A DNA stretch of 32,000 bases from an uncultured Tateyamaria sp. (GTDB lineage: Bacteria > Pseudomonadota > Alphaproteobacteria > Rhodobacterales > Rhodobacteraceae): contig NZ_CANLAG010000005.1 of NCBI RefSeq assembly GCF_947488715.1, positions 325,950 to 357,949 of the forward strand, in the 5' to 3' direction. The position numbers were made by a program, and so were the translations under genes. Numbering within the stretch: the first letter of the stretch is position 1; every line of letters begins with the position of its first letter. Below, in pieces: positions 10,801 to 20,300 of the stretch. The notes under the pieces were generated by a model, which worked only from the letters and a program-made list of their open reading frames with translations, was not told where the DNA came from and ran no database searches.

Positions 10801-11138
10801 AGGTTGATATGGCGGCGCTGCCTGCACCTTGGGACGCTCCGGTTGACGCGGCCGTCGACGCAACCGCCATAGCGCCCGAAACCTTGGCCGAGGTCGAACG
10901 CCTCGTTGCCGCCCTTTGGCGCGACATCCTCAAGCGTCAGGACATCCCATCCGGGCGCAGTTTCTATGACTGCGGCGGGGACTCGTTGTCCATCGTGGCG
11001 TTGCAGGCCCGGCTTGAGGCCGCACTGGGCGTCGACATTCCGGTGGGTGAAATGTTTGCGCATCCAACCCTGTCCGACATGTCCGAAATGATTTTTTCCA
11101 AACGATTTCAAAAGAAACTTGTGGAGTTCGAAATATGA
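4878..11138 (+). CDS. Nonribosomal peptide synthetase, C-A-T-C-A-T (two modules)
   Basis: 2086-aa ORF. C1 HHAIMDWG; A1 FTSGSTGRPKG...YSTGDRA...PTGKIDRRAL; T1 FFALGGTSLRAV; C2 HHMASDGWS; A2 YTSGTTGRPKG...LRTGDRG...PNGKVDMAAL; T2 YDCGGDSLSIVAL. ATGA overlap with the preceding stop. Confidence 0.95.
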   Translation: MSKLGIIDRTALAKRLTQRGFGSAQDEPREPSVPQDATPTANMAEKRFWTQEQMDPTPGLNALGVWLDLKVPVTRAAFVAALTKVVQRHDALRTKYTDRDGALHLDVVDDLPLPLGAPLGDTAPDAVRQALFDMGLIMAQDTPWQVRLAVTGRNGTDEVVNGVLIGVHHAIMDWGGLAVFVQELDQALDGAETPASPVHPQGFEHKFQRSRAAHRAEAEAYWQARLDGCPAVLSIPAAQSGSEPAPGYHTRTLTLGAEQSQRLRARAAALGATPFSLLLSAYGLVLTGLSSTPEVVFGTAVSHRDQQGGECIIACLSDLVPLRLALDSSDTVDSTLRGVHGQMAQDIEHAHLGFADIVAASGVARHRDKAPLVQAIFNLLEPMPEGQHLTAQPVYSQVARADIALDAQDHGDLSLRLELRAAMFTPALADQIARCLDSAVAHVLADGSQPLGAVAWPVAPPDIQPSLAPPKTHLGEWLFDRMAAQPGQTVKDGDQVTTFAEICKSAEALAAALIDAGVAPGDAVAVHLPRGIAQVTATLACLRAGGVLVLIDPDHPVQRRADVVAQSQARVMIGEGIDADLTSLVDVMVAPTAKGAGACPTVWPHRDPQDIAYIVFTSGSTGRPKGACGTHQGLLNRLIWMEGAYPWASDDVACLKTSAAFVDALTEMLGPLAAGVASVVAGADVAKDPHALAQFIGTNHVTRIVAVPSLISVWTDHVPGIATFLSPLRLCVSSGEPLTARVLRKMAEIAPKCRVLNLYGASEMSGDVTHHLPTGTSDVIPIGRAMPGNRLAVVDPNGHTLPTGFPGELVVSGVALADGYRGATAADQARFAPMAVFDGAVGYSTGDRAYLDGSGDVVLLGRKDDQVKIDGVRVELAEVARVIEHAPGVAQCVVLAAGAEGGSPHLTAFVTLADAATDTPNEGALRQFARARLLGSVVPGRILVLETMPTGPTGKIDRRALEANAAQRGAEIASEPSEHTAQSQQIAEIWADVLDVALPTPEADFFALGGTSLRAVVVMSRLSAAIGRYLEPGLIFDHPTPAALADAVIQGETAQGDGPPLPAVTVRAPAERSPMTANQAWLWRLHRDAPQSTAYNLAAGYRLGAHVDLDALADAVAAVFERHTSLRTRVHTEGAEAWTQCASSPEPDCALIRESDDETPDEALIQRAATRPFDLQQENPARFAIYPRKAGYLLVISVHHMASDGWSAQVIVDDLSRCYAQKVAGRDIADAPVPQSSDVAHWQNEARPALRDTLDAYVAGLAEAAGPTLAPANPMAPRGGLAERVTVKLDAATLGDLVAQGPIGTTTLGVLCAAWALVLRGFGTDTPLLMGIPRAGRSAPGLEKAVGFFANTVLMPLDPDPAEPWSSVLQQTQDKLRATAPCDMIPLAWVQDAGAGWRADTSEIRTLVVPEDGFDWKLDLPGADVQWAGQSRPTEARADVAVVLTRAGAGLSVEIEYDTGRISAMFGQSLANALACILKGAARNPRAGGAPLTEDETTPATLQNDTESSAFTGQRIDAQLADWAHAAPDAVAAVGPEGAITAAELEARVATYATRLSAAGLSCDMAAAVDCQRGLSWLVAILSIWRVGARVVILDPAWPHAQRADICDDANVAMVLDAGTVSFTAPFPTAKGQALRGLADIAALTYTSGTTGRPKGVALAHDALLRLGDALRTALDVRPGDRILQAAAPAFDVALSDIAMALTARAALVVLPQDDVLAGRNLTNALEREQITHMQVAATVLSNTAAQPLPHLRAVAVGGEPCPPATLDAWSKGRALFVAYGPAEATVTATVIRYDAQMPQAALGFPIAGNNLAVLDRFDQPLPPGAVGDIVIGGRQIARYLGHAAAGANGFGTTDVFGETQPALRTGDRGWMTADGCLVFAGRTDRQLKIRGTRVEPRAIEVALDAHPEVQRALVGHTGDGPERMLVAWVTLRSGIIDAKSEAVLRDWLSARLPKASVPSRIAVLEAWPLTPNGKVDMAALPAPWDAPVDAAVDATAIAPETLAEVERLVAALWRDILKRQDIPSGRSFYDCGGDSLSIVALQARLEAALGVDIPVGEMFAHPTLSDMSEMIFSKRFQKKLVEFEI
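5015..6270 (+). other. Condensation domain C1
   Basis: HHAIMDWGG at about 5379; FGTAVSHRD; approximate limits. Confidence 0.85.
6295..7770 (+). other. Adenylation domain A1, beta-alanine-like pocket
   Basis: Core motifs present. By-eye 10-residue code V-D-T-A-V-S-L-G-D-(K), with Asp at position 236 instead of 235; NLYGASEMSGDVT. Confidence 0.8.
7810..8035 (+). other. Carrier protein T1
   Basis: DFFALGGTSLRAVVVMSRL. Confidence 0.88.
8095..9340 (+). other. Condensation domain C2
   Basis: HHMASDGWSAQVIVDDL; approximate limits. Confidence 0.88.
9430..10824 (+). other. Adenylation domain A2, specificity unassigned
   Basis: LTYTSGTTGRPKGVALAH; by-eye code D-V-S-Q-A-G-A-V-T-(K); LTPNGKVDMAALP. 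Confidence 0.85.
10885..11115 (+). other. Carrier protein T2
   Basis: SFYDCGGDSLSIVALQARL. Confidence 0.88.
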
Positions 11139-11305
11139 GACCCTTGTCAGACATGCTCCACGAACTTGCCGGTCTGGGTATCGAACTCGAGGCCAACGCG
11201 GACAAGCTGCGCATTCGTGGACCGGCCAGCGCGCTTGGCCCCGCTTTGCGGGAGGAGCTAAAAGCGCGCAAGGCGGAACTTCTTGCACATCTGACGGCAC
11301 CTGCC
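11135..11305 (+). other. TubC-type N-terminal docking domain
   Basis: MRPLSDMLHELAGLGIELEANADKLRIRGPASALGPALREELKARKAELLAHL matches the characteristic TubC_N pattern. Confidence 0.85.
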
Positions 11306-14300
11306 AGTCCGGTGTCTGTCCCACTTTTGCCAAACCAGCGGCGGTTGTGGTTCATCGACAAACTGACGGATGCGGCCACGGGTTTTGCGTTGCAAGCGGC
11401 ATTTGTTTTGCCGCGCCAATACACAGTAGCGGAGTGGCAAGACGCGCTGGACCAACTGTGCGCGCATCACCCCGTTCTTGACACACAGCTGATCGAAGAG
11501 GGCGACGCGCCGTTTTTGCAGGTCAGGCCACAAGGTCCGCGCGCAGAGGTCCACGTTGATCGATTGCCGGACGATGCTCCGGACTTCGATGCACTCCGCC
11601 CGACGAATGCCGGACTGTTCCGATGCGCGGTCTGGCCAAGAGAAACGGGTCAAAGCCTAGTTGTTCTGTCCTTGCATCACATGATCTCGGATCGGCAATC
11701 CATGTCGACGGTCATGCAGGATTTGTTGCACCTGCTGGATGGACAACCCCTGACTAAGGCCGGGCGCGACTTTCTTGACATAATGGCACAGGACGGGAGC
11801 GCAGCCAGGCCGCACGCGGCAGAGGGTCTGGCGTACTGGACCCAGACACTGTCCGATGCGCCTGCGGACCTGACTTTGCCCTACGATCACGCCCGACCGG
11901 ACCGCCGGGGTGTCCAAGGTGCCGTGCACCGCTTTGTCCTGTCTGACGCCGCCAATCTGGGGCCGCTTGCCCAGCGCAACAACGCGACAGCTTTTGCAAC
12001 ATATCTGGCCGTTTATGCACAGTTATTGTCCCAATGGAGCGGCCAGACCGATCTGGTCATCGGATGCCCTGTGTCCGGTCGGTATATGCCGGGCACCGAG
12101 ACCTCTGTTGGGTATTTTGTGAACACCGTTGCGTTGCGTCTGAACCTCGATGCGACGGATATCGCTTCGGTCATCGAACGTGCGCGAACAGTGGTCATGG
12201 GAGCCATGGAACATCAGGACGTGCCATTTGACCATGTGGTCAGCGCGCTGTCCCCCGACCGTCATTTGAACCGGAACCCGTTGTTTCAGGCGATGTTCGT
12301 GTTGCAGCCTCCGAGCGGCAATGCGCCGGTGTTTGCAGGTGAGCCAGTCGATATTTTGCCGGCACCTCCGCTGGCCCCAGATGTCGACATCAGCCTGATG
12401 CTGGAAGAAACCGCGCAGGGCTATGCTGGATACTTGGAATACGACCCGGACCTGTTCGACCCTGAAACCATCGCCCTGTTCGCCCAGCAGTTCGAGGCGT
12501 TGTGCCAGACCTATGCAGGCAACAGCCAGACCGCCGAACAAAGGCTGGCGCATTGGCAAGGGCCAGATGCGCCGCGTCCCCGCGGGGACATGTGGTCCGT
12601 TCTCGGTTCTGCGTTGAAGGAATTGCCCGCTGATCATTTGGTTTTGGAAGACCCCGACGGTGCCGTCACGAAAAGCGAGGTTTTGGCACAGGCCAATGCT
12701 GTGGCGGCGGGCTTGATGGCGCAAGGGGTCGGGTCTGCGGCTCCCGTGGGCATCAGCCTGGCGCGGACGCGCGATCGGGCTGCCGCCATGTTGGGTGTTT
12801 GGAAGGCGGGCGCGACGGTCGTGTTCCTGCCTGTGATCGGTCAGGACAAGAGCGCGCAACAGGTGTTTGCGGACCGCGTTTCCAAAGGTGCCATTGGTCA
12901 TGTGATCTGTGACACCGCGAGTTCGGATGACGCGGGCACCACGGCGACCCTCTTGCCGTTCTCCTCGTTTTCCTCTGTTGAGGAAATATCCCGCGAGGGG
13001 CTCGCAGATGGCCCTGCCTATCTGTGTTTCACATCCGGCACGACCGGAACGGCCAAGGCGGTTGCGGTTGGGCATGACAGTCTGATCAACCACATGATGG
13101 GTATTGCCGAGCAGTTCGCTCTGACACCCGCAGACCGGGTGTTGCAGTTCGCGCCAACCTCTTTCGACATGGTGTTCGAGGACATGTTGCCTGCGCTCAT
13201 GTTGGGCGCGTCGCTGATCGTGCCCGAAGCAGATGCGTTGGCGGATATGGACCGGTTTCAAGCCATGATCTCGGACGCGGGTATCACGGTGGCCAACCTG
13301 CCTGCGCCTTTCTGGCATGCGTGGGTGCATGAGCTGGACGCGACGCAGACGACTGCCCCAGCTGCACTCCGGCTGGTCATCACAGGCAGCGATGTTGTCC
13401 ATGGAGAGGCCGCGTGGGTGTGGCGTTCGCGCTGCCCGGAAACGAGCCTGATGAGCGGGTACGGCCTGACGGAATCCACGATTACGGCAATGCTGCACAC
13501 ACCAGCGGCGGATCCATCAGACATCGGTCTTGGTGCCTTGCCGCTTGGCGTGCCGCTGCCCAACGTTGCTGTGTCGGTGGTTGGCCCGGATGGAGAGCCG
13601 GTGCCCACGATGGTTGTCGGAGAGATTGCTATTTCCGGCGCTGCTGTTGCGATGGGTTATGTGGGCGCACAGTCTGATCACCGGTTTCGGCAGGTCGGGG
13701 ACGAGCCGCAGTTTATGACGGGCGATTTGGGGCGTATGCGCCGCGACGGCCATCTGGAATTCCTCGGTCGGCGCGACCAACAGATCAAGATACGGGGTGT
13801 CCGGGTCGAACCCAGCGCGGTCGAGGCTGTTGTGATGCGTCTCGCCACAGTATCTGAGGCCGCGGTGGTCCCGCGCCCCTCACCCACAGGGCAATGGGGC
13901 CTGGCCGCATATATCGTGGGCGACCAAACCGCTGATCACTATACCGAAGAACTGCGCCACGCCCTGCCAGGGGCCATGGTGCCGCAGACCGTTGTGACTG
14001 TTCCTGCGTTGCCGCGCACGGATGCGGGCAAGATTGATCGCCGCGCATTGGCACGTGCGCCGATCGAGATCACCGCGACCCCGACCCGCGCGCCAACTGC
14101 GCAAGAGGCCCGCCTCGCCGCCATTTTTGCCGACGTGTTGGGGCAAAAACGAGTGGGTCCGGATGACAATTTCTTTGCCCTTGGTGGTGATTCCATCACC
14201 AGCCTGCAAATCGTCGCCCGTGCACGGCGCGCTGGGTTTGCCCTGACCGCAGCACAAGTGTTCGAGCATCAGACCGTGGCGGCATTGGCGGCACATGTGA

Positions 14301-17300
14301 ATGATCTGCCGACACAGGATGTGGGCGAAACATCGGGGCCGATCCCTGCAACACCAATCATGGCGTGGTTCGCCACCCAGTTCGATCAGCCATGGAAGCA
14401 CTTCAATCAGTCCGTCATGCTTGCCATGCCAGCCGATCTCAACACGGATGCGTTGCGCGCCGCGCTGCAATCGGTCGCTGACGCGCACCCGATCTTTGCG
14501 CTGCGGGTCGACCCGGACGCTGCACAGCCGTTTTCCATATCTGAAACCGCCGAAGCGCCCGCGTTTTTCACGCACACCACCGAAGACGGGCAGGCAGATG
14601 CACTGGACAGGGTGCAGGCCAGTTTAGACCCCACCGAAGGCCGCAACATCGCGGCGCTGTGGTTGCCGCACCAAAACCGGTTGATGGTCACCATCCACCA
14701 TCTGTGCATCGACGTGTTGTCATGGGATGTTTTGTTGCGCGACCTCGAAACGGCCTATGACGCCGCCTGCGCGGAGACCCATACTCAGATCACGCCTGCG
14801 GGCGCCTCATTCCGAACATGGGCAGAGCGATTGAACACCTTTGCTAAGGACAGTGGCGTGTCCGGCACGGTTGCGCATTTCATGCAGAGCCTTGGCGGCG
14901 CGACCGACCCAATCCTTGGTGCGCCCGTTGCGGCAGGACAGGACCGTGACATCACATCCTTCCGACTGACACTGCCAGCGGGCGTTACATCCGACATCCT
15001 GCGGCACGCGGCGGTGGCCTATGAAACGCGGGCGGACGAGGCGCTGTTGGTTGCGCTGCTTATGGCTTTGGACAAACGTGGATCGAGCGGCGTGCGCGTT
15101 GACCTTGAGCGCAATGGCCGCACGTCGCCTTTTGCGGACCTCGACCTCGCTGATACAATTGGTTGGTTCACGAGCGTCATGCCGCTGCGCCTTATGCCTG
15201 GCGACGATGTCGCGGCGCTGGCCCAACAAGTGCGCCGCGCGACGCAGGACAGCCCTCATGACGGTCTGGGTTTTGGCCTTGCGCGCTATTGCGGTACGTC
15301 CGCCACCCGCACGGCGTTGGCCAGTCTGCCGGAGGCGGATGTCCTGTTGAACTACGTGGGCGTCCTGACAGGTTGGGAAGATGCCCCATTTCGACCCGTC
15401 GATGCCCCGTGCGGGACAACCATCGCGCTGGACACAGAACGCAGCCATGTCGTCGAAATCAACGCGGGCGTTGTTGCGGGGCAGATGCGGATCGAAATGA
15501 TTGCACCATCCTCTGCAGGCGCTGAGGCCGAAGGTTTGGCACAGGCTCTGGAAACAGCGATTAGCGATCTGGCGTCTCAGGCGCGGCAGGCGCGGTTTGG
15601 CGCGGACATGGGTGACAACGTCGAGGACGTGGCACCCGCCACCCCATTGCAGCACCGTATCCTGCTGCATTCGATGCGCCGTCCGGACACTTACTTTGAC
15701 CAGTTGCGGTTCACGCTGGACGGCCCCCTCGACGTGGATGCGATGCAGCGATCCTGGGACATGTTGGTGCACAGACATAAATCTTTGCGCACTAATTTCG
15801 GCTTTGCCGGTGATGACAGCCCGCTTCAGATCGTGCGGCAGTCCCTGGATATGCAGTGGCATCATCTGGACTGGCGTGACGTGGCACCAGGCACCATCGC
15901 GCGCCTGTTGACGGATGTCATGCAGGTGGACCGCGCGGTCGGGTTCGACATTGAAAACGGCCCATTGATGCGCATGCATCTGATCCGCCGATCCGACACC
16001 CAGTACGATTGGATTTGGAGCGCGCACCATCTGGTGTTGGACGGATGGTCCGTGTCCGTGGTGATTGAGGAATGGCAGAGCATCTATGCAGCACTGGTGC
16101 GTGGTGACACGCCACAGCTGGCCCCGGCGGCAGACCCTTCGGATTATGCGGCGTGGCTTGGCCAGACGGATAGCGGTGCGGCACGTGCGTTCTGGGCAGA
16201 GCATCTGGCAGGTGCCGAAGCAACCCTGATCGCTAAAGAACAAGACCGAGCCACCGCCGCTGCGACCCAAGCGCCCGGAACAGACCGTATTGACCTGTCG
16301 CCCGAGGTGGAACAGCAGCTTGGCGCGCTGGCCCGTGATCTGGGCACAACCGTTGGCGTAATTGCTCAAGCCGCCTGGGCGCTGGTGCTCCGCCGGTATG
16401 GCCACAGCGGCGCGGTACTGTTTGGTCTGACCGTATCGAACCGGCCGCCTGACATTGCCGGCGCGGATCGCATGGTGGGCATGATGATCAACACGCTGCC
16501 TGTGCGTGTGGATCTGAGTGGTGCGGACACTCCACGGGGGGTGATGGCACGCATGAGCGCACAAGCCCGCGCCCGTGCGCCCTGGTCCGCGCTGTCGCTT
16601 GATAACATTTTGAGCGCGGGCGGGTTTGGCGACACGCTGCCGTTCGACACGATGATGTTGGTTCAAAACTATCCGCAGCCAGAGACCCTGTCCGCCGGGG
16701 ACGTGACCGTTGGGCTGTCAGAAGTCGCAGAACGGACCGATCTGCCGCTGACACTGGTGGTGCAATCAGGTGACGATCCTTGCCTGATGGCCGTGTGGGA
16801 TCGCGACCGGTTGGGCGATGCGCAAGTACAGTCGATGCTGGGTCATTGGCACCGCGTGATGACGGCTTTTCTCGCGGATGCCGATCAAACGCTGGATGGC
16901 ATTTCGATCTACTCAGATGCCGAACTGGCCGCGCGCGTTGAACTGGCACAAGGTTCAAGTGGCGACGCCGAAACGCCACGCGCCGTCGAGGCTGTAGCGC
17001 ATTGGGCGCGCATCCTGCCGGATCAGACCGCGCTGGTTGCCGATGATGGCGTACTGAGTTACCGCGCCCTTGATGCAGCCGTTGCGGCGTTGGCGGCGCG
17101 ATTGACGGCTCAGGAGGGCTTGCAGCCCGGTGCGTCTGTCGCCGTTCTGCTGCCGCGCTCCACTCGCGCTATTGTCGCGCTGCTCGCTGTGATGCGGGCG
17201 GGCGGTGTGGCCGTTCCGGTCGACGCGGCATATCCGGCGGACCGCATTGCCTATATCTTAGCTGACTGTGGCGCTGAACTGGTGGTCACCCAGACGGGCA

Positions 17301-20300
17301 TGGCGCAACCGCTGGACAGCGTGACGGTTGTCCTCTGCGATACGTTGGAGGTGGCCGAGACACCAACTGGCACGGGTGAGCTGCCTGCACCCGACAGCCC
17401 GGCCTATATGATCTACACCTCTGGATCGACGGGCCAGCCCAAGGGCACGTTGACCCACCATGGCGGCGTCGACAACATGATCGCAGCCCAGGCTCTTGCC
17501 TTCAATTTGGGTCCAGCGGACCGCGTGCTCCAGTTTGCTTCGCTGTCGTTTGATGCGTCCGTTTGGGAAATGTTCATGGCATTGGCCGCAGGCGCGGCCC
17601 TCTATGTTCCCACGCGCGAACAGGCGCTGGGTGGCAGGGAATTGGCCGATTACATCGCTGATCATCGCATCACCGCAGCGACATTGCCGCCAACCGTGAT
17701 CGACGGTGTTTCGCCCGAACAGGTGCCGGACCTGTCGCTGCTGGTGGCTGCGGGCGAGGCGTGCCCCCGACACCTGGGGCAGACGTGGGCAAAAGATCGG
17801 CGCTTTTACAACGCTTACGGACCAAGCGAGGCATCGGTTTGTGCCACGCTGCATCAGGTTGAAACGGCAGAGCACACCGTGCCGATCGGTACCGCGATTG
17901 CCGGGGCCGTGGCCTATGCGGTTGATCAGGATGGGCATCTTGTCCCGATGGGCGGCACGGGTGAGTTGGTGATTGGCGGCGCTGGCGTCGGGCTTGGTTA
18001 TCATGGTCGGCCCGAGCTGACGGCCCGCGCCTTTGTGCCGGACAAGTGGCGACAGGATGCGCGCGCCCGTGCGTACCGGACCGGCGACCGTGTTGAGGTC
18101 GGTGCAAATGGCGCGCTTGTGTTCCGTGGGCGGCTTGATCGCCAGATCAAGCTGCGCGGGTTCCGTGTGGAACCGGGCGAGGTTGAGAACGCGTTGATGC
18201 AAGACCCCGCAGTCCACCGAGCGCTGGTCGGGGTGCGGTCTTCTGACGGTATGTCGCGCCTTTTGGCATGGGTCGTGCCTGTGGCCGGTGCGGTGGTGTC
18301 CCCAGATGGCCTGCGCGAGATGCTCGCCCAGCAGCTTCCGGGGCATATGGTCCCGGCATCTGTCGTGGTTGTGGATGACGTTCCATTGACGCCCAATGGC
18401 AAGGTCGATTGGGCCGCGTTGCCGGATGCCTCCGACGATGCGCCCGCTGAACCGGCACCAGTTGTCGAAACCAAGGTTGCCGTAGCACCGCCTGCGGCGG
18501 CTCTTACGACCGAGGAACGCGTGATCCTCAAGCTGACCGAGATCTGGTCAGAGTTGCTGGACGGTCGGTCCGTTGCACCGGACCAGAATTTCTTTGATGC
18601 GGGTGGGCATTCCTTGCTGTTGGTACGTATGCAGCCCATGCTGAAGGAGGCGTTTGGCGTTCAGGTCCGCACGCGGACCTTGTTTGACAACCTTACCATC
18701 TCGGCCCTTGCCACCGTTCTGTGCGACACCGGTGCGCAGGTGCCGGACGATGTGGCCGTCGCAGAACCGGTGCCTGCTGCCGATGAGGGTGTGAAAGCGC
18801 CCGCGATTGGCACCGCGCGGACCGCAGAACCGATTGCCGTTATCGGCATGGCCTGTCGGTTTCCCGGCGCGTCAGACCTCGCTGCCTATTGGGATATGCT
18901 CCGTCGGGGTGACGAAGGGCTGTGTGACTTGACCCGCGCCGACCTTCTTGCCGCAGGTGTCAGCGCGTCTGACGCGGAAAACCCGGCCTATGTCGCGCGA
19001 CGCGGCATCATTGATCACGCGGACAGTTTCGATGCTGCCGCCTTCGGGATTGGACCAAGAGAAGCAGAGTTGATGGACCCTCAACAACGCCTGTTCCTTG
19101 AATGTGTCTGGCACGCGCTTGAGGATGCAGGTCAGCCCCCGCGCAGGGGCCAAAACACGGGCGTGTTTGCCGGGGCAGGCTACAACACCTGGATGAACGA
19201 AGTGCTGCGACCTGCCGGGCATTCCATGGAAGGCTCAGCCGGGTATCATGCCGTAACGGCCAATGAAAAAGACTTCTTGGCCACGCAGACCGCGTTCCGT
19301 CTGGATCTGCGGGGACCGGCAGTGTCGGTTCAAACCGCGTGCTCTACGTCGCTGGTGGCCGTGGTGCAGGCCGTGCAGGCGTTGCGATCAGGCCAGTGCG
19401 AAACCGCTGTCGCCGGAGGGGTGTCCGTCGCCTTTCCGACCCATCGCGGCTATATGTACGAACCGGATATGATCTTGTCGCCGGACGGTCATTGTCGGCC
19501 CTTTGGCGCAGAGGCGGCGGGTACGGTGCCGTCCTCCGGGGTTGGTGCGGTCATCTTGAAACCGTTGGACAAGGCGCAACAGGACGGCGACCGGGTTTAT
19601 GCGGTGATCCGCGGCACCGGGCTGGGCAATGATGGCGCGCGCAAGATGAGCTTTGCCGCGCCGGGCGTCGATGGGCAGGCTGATGCCATGCGCGCGGCTC
19701 TGGACGACGCAGGTCTATTGCCCAGCGATGTGGACGCTATCGAGGCGCACGGCACAGGCACGGCATTGGGTGATCCGGTCGAAATGACGGCCATTGCCCG
19801 CGTTTATGCTGATCGCTCCACGCCGCTGTCCATTGGATCGGTCAAAGGCAACATCGGGCATGCGGATGCCGCTGCGGGCATTGCTGGTTTCATCAAGTCC
19901 GTGCTGGGGCTCTGGCATGGTGAAATGCCGGCCAGTTTGCATGCAGACACTGTGAACGCGCGCCTGGACCTTGCGGATGGTGCGCTGCGGATCGCCAGTG
20001 ACCGTGTCACCTTGGGCCCGCGTGCACGTGCCGGAGTCAGTTCCTTTGGCATCGGTGGCACCAATGCACATGTGGTGTTGGAGCGGGCTGAAACACAACA
20101 GGATGACGCGATCTGCGGGCCGGAGGAATGGCAAGTGCTGCCGCTCTCTGGGCACTCGAATGATGCGGTCGTAGACGGGGCAAGCGCTCTGTCCGAGCAT
20201 CTCGGGACCAGTGAAGCACCACTTGCGCAGGTGGCTGCGACGCTTCAATCCGGTCGTGCGGCGCTGCATTACAGGACAGCTGTTCTGGCTCAAGACACGC

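Noticed and set aside
12023-13498. 491-aa - strand ORF, like 9867-11333 (-)
   Set aside because: Arg/His/Gln-rich antisense translations of NRPS coding sequence; GC-driven artefacts.
14807-16666. 619-aa - strand ORF antisense to the E, C and A domains
   Set aside because: Shadow ORF of the megasynthase; no family motifs, biased composition.
18825-20095. Trans-AT or non-elongating KS interpretation
   Set aside because: An integrated AT with GHSVGE and HAFH follows, and the KS Cys-His-His residues are intact, which fits a cis-AT elongating module.
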